Assembly (NCBI GenBank): GCA_965113315.1
Contig: OZ220363.1
Strand: one strand, 5' to 3'
Source: Podarcis vaucheri
Lineage: Eukaryota
Length of the DNA: 64,000 nucleotides
The notes beneath the pieces are model-generated. The model ran no database searches and had not been told where the DNA came from. It worked only from the letters and a program-made list of their open reading frames with translations. The stretch's first letter is position 1, and the number at the start of each line of letters is the position of its first letter. A program made the translations under genes and the position numbers. Of the stretch, positions 62,492 through 64,000 are shown in pieces.

Positions 62492-63865
62492 AGTTCAGCG
62501 GCGCGCTTCGCGCAGCATCCTGCTCGCCCTCCTCCGGAGAAAAGGCAGCAGGAACGGCGCGGGCCCTCTCTCCCCTTCGGCGCTCTCCAGCAAACGCGTC
62601 GGCGGCGGCAACCGGCCCCGCTATGTACATGGGCGGCTGGGTGGTTTAGCTTAGCGGGGGAGCAGCGGCAGCCGCCTTCGGGTCCGGCTGGCTTTGGGGG
62701 TGCTGCGCGGACTGGGTTGTACGGGCACGTGCGGCAGGAAGAGGAGCGGCGGAGTCATGCATTGCCTATGCACATCGCAGCCACTGGGGAAACAAAGCGG
62801 TTACCAAACCCTCTCGCACAGGCTGCGGCTGCCTCCCTCTTCTCCTCGCCGGCCTCTTTCTTTCTTTTTCTCCTTCCCCTTTTCCCCCTCCCCCCCCCAC
62901 CTTTCTCGGGCCTTTGCGCTTGGTGCCATTGACCCCGACGTCTCATTTACTTCCTGGATGAAAGGGGCTGGTGGATGAAACAAAACAAAAAAAAAAGCAA
63001 GCTACGCGCACACGCATTTGGGCTGCTTGCCTCCACCGCCGGTCCGAAAACTCGAGCGCCACGTCTGCACTGCAGCCTTCGCCGGGCGTAATTAATATAT
63101 ATTATATAGATCTACCCTGCATATATGCGATCGCTCGCTCTGCGCATTGAGCACGGCGGCTTTCCACGTTTAAATACACCCGCTCGCCTTCCTATTCTGC
63201 CTGGCCCGCTCGCTGGGCATCCCGCTCGAGGCTGCAACCCTTATGCTCTCATCTGCTCGGAAGCAGCTATCCAATGAGGGGACCTACTGGCGGGACTGAC
63301 TTCCGATCAGGCACGCACAAGATCGGGCTCCGGCTTTTGTTTTTTAATTTGAAAAAAGCGTCTCCTTCGGCCTCCCCCACCTCGGGCGCAAAAACACCAT
63401 CGCGCAGAGAAAAAAACGCTGCAGCGACGCCGATTTGCAAACGTCGCGGGGGGACCGAGGAGGAGCTCCCCTTCCCGATTACAAATCTGCCATCTCTGCA
63501 TCCACCTGCAATCCTGCCCACTTGGGCCATCCTTCCCCAAACGAATAGCTACCATCGCTCTGCCTAGATGGGGATGCGGGAGGAGACCTTCAGCTCCGGG
63601 GATTAAAGCGGCTCCGCGCCGTCGTGCCGCCCCCCGAAAGACCTACATGGGGAAGGCGGAGGAGGCAAAGCGGGCCAGCAGCGCAAGCGGGGCACATCCC
63701 GCGCCGCCCGCGCGTCCGCCGGAAGGAGGCGAGGCGAGACAGAGGCTGGAGCAGCCCCGGGCCGCGCCCCTCTCGGCTCCCGTGACGTCGAACAATGCCA
63801 GTGCCACGCAGCCCCGGCGAGCAGCGAGGCAGATCCCGCAGCCGCGATCTCGTGCTCCAGCAGCT

Positions 63866-64000
63866 ATGCACTTCGCCGCGGGGATCTGTTTCTTCCTCCA
63901 GGCTTTCGCCCTGGTAACCCTCCGGGCGGACGGGCAGAAGAAGGAGGAGGGCGCCTCCGCCGACGAAGTTCAAATGGAAGTTGTGCACGTCCCCGAAAAC
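63866..64000 (+). CDS. FKBP7: FKBP7 (ER peptidyl-prolyl isomerase FKBP23) coding exon 1, 3'-truncated by the window; missing from the ORF track
   Basis: MHFAAGICFFLQAFALVTLRADGQKKEEGASADEVQMEVVHVPEN: signal peptide plus QKKEE..EV..EV.H.PEN, as recalled for the FKBP7 N-terminus; head-to-head synteny with PLEKHA3. Confidence 0.9.
   Translation, partial: MHFAAGICFFLQAFALVTLRADGQKKEEGASADEVQMEVVHVPEN

Larger units (their letters stand above)
62200..64000. promoter_or_regulatory. CpG island / shared bidirectional promoter region of PLEKHA3 and FKBP7
   Basis: Dense CpG and high GC; divergent start codons 1375 bp apart; CCAAT at 63271, ETS-like ACTTCCG at ~63299, CRE-like TGACGTC at 63783. Confidence 0.85.

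Noticed and set aside
62044-63988. ORFs of 60-221 aa in the CpG island, including 63590-63988 (-)
   Set aside because: Stop-poor GC-rich DNA; the real coding frames are PLEKHA3 exon 1 (-) and FKBP7 exon 1 (+).

Overview
Eukaryotic genomic DNA from a squamate reptile, most likely a lacertid lizard (inferred from Sauria-type SINEs and other squamate repeats). It holds the conserved TTN - PLEKHA3 - FKBP7 block. Bases 1-37957 (+) are the 3' part of titin: the end of the giant A-band exon, 31 phase-1 A-band exons, the kinase/M-band exons and the stop, followed by a ~1 kb 3'UTR. PLEKHA3 (FAPP1) is complete on the minus strand (8 coding exons, 62491 to 44351, 900 nt = 299 aa + stop). FKBP7 exon 1 starts at 63866 (+), head-to-head with PLEKHA3 across a CpG island. 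Introns and intergenic DNA carry many SINEs, LINE fragments and hAT and Tc1/mariner MITEs, some nested. No operon-like or CRISPR system is present. Best candidates for something new: (1) titin lacks M-band Ig domain M7, and the three mammalian exons Mex1-Mex3 are one 5954-bp exon; (2) a MITE in PLEKHA3 intron 7 carries a repeat-spacer hairpin array and a perfect 62-bp palindrome; (3) competing RNA stems lie upstream of the alternatively spliced Mex5 exon; (4) the titin kinase has an apparent Phe-to-Ser gatekeeper change. Comparisons with human sequences are from memory and need confirming by alignment.
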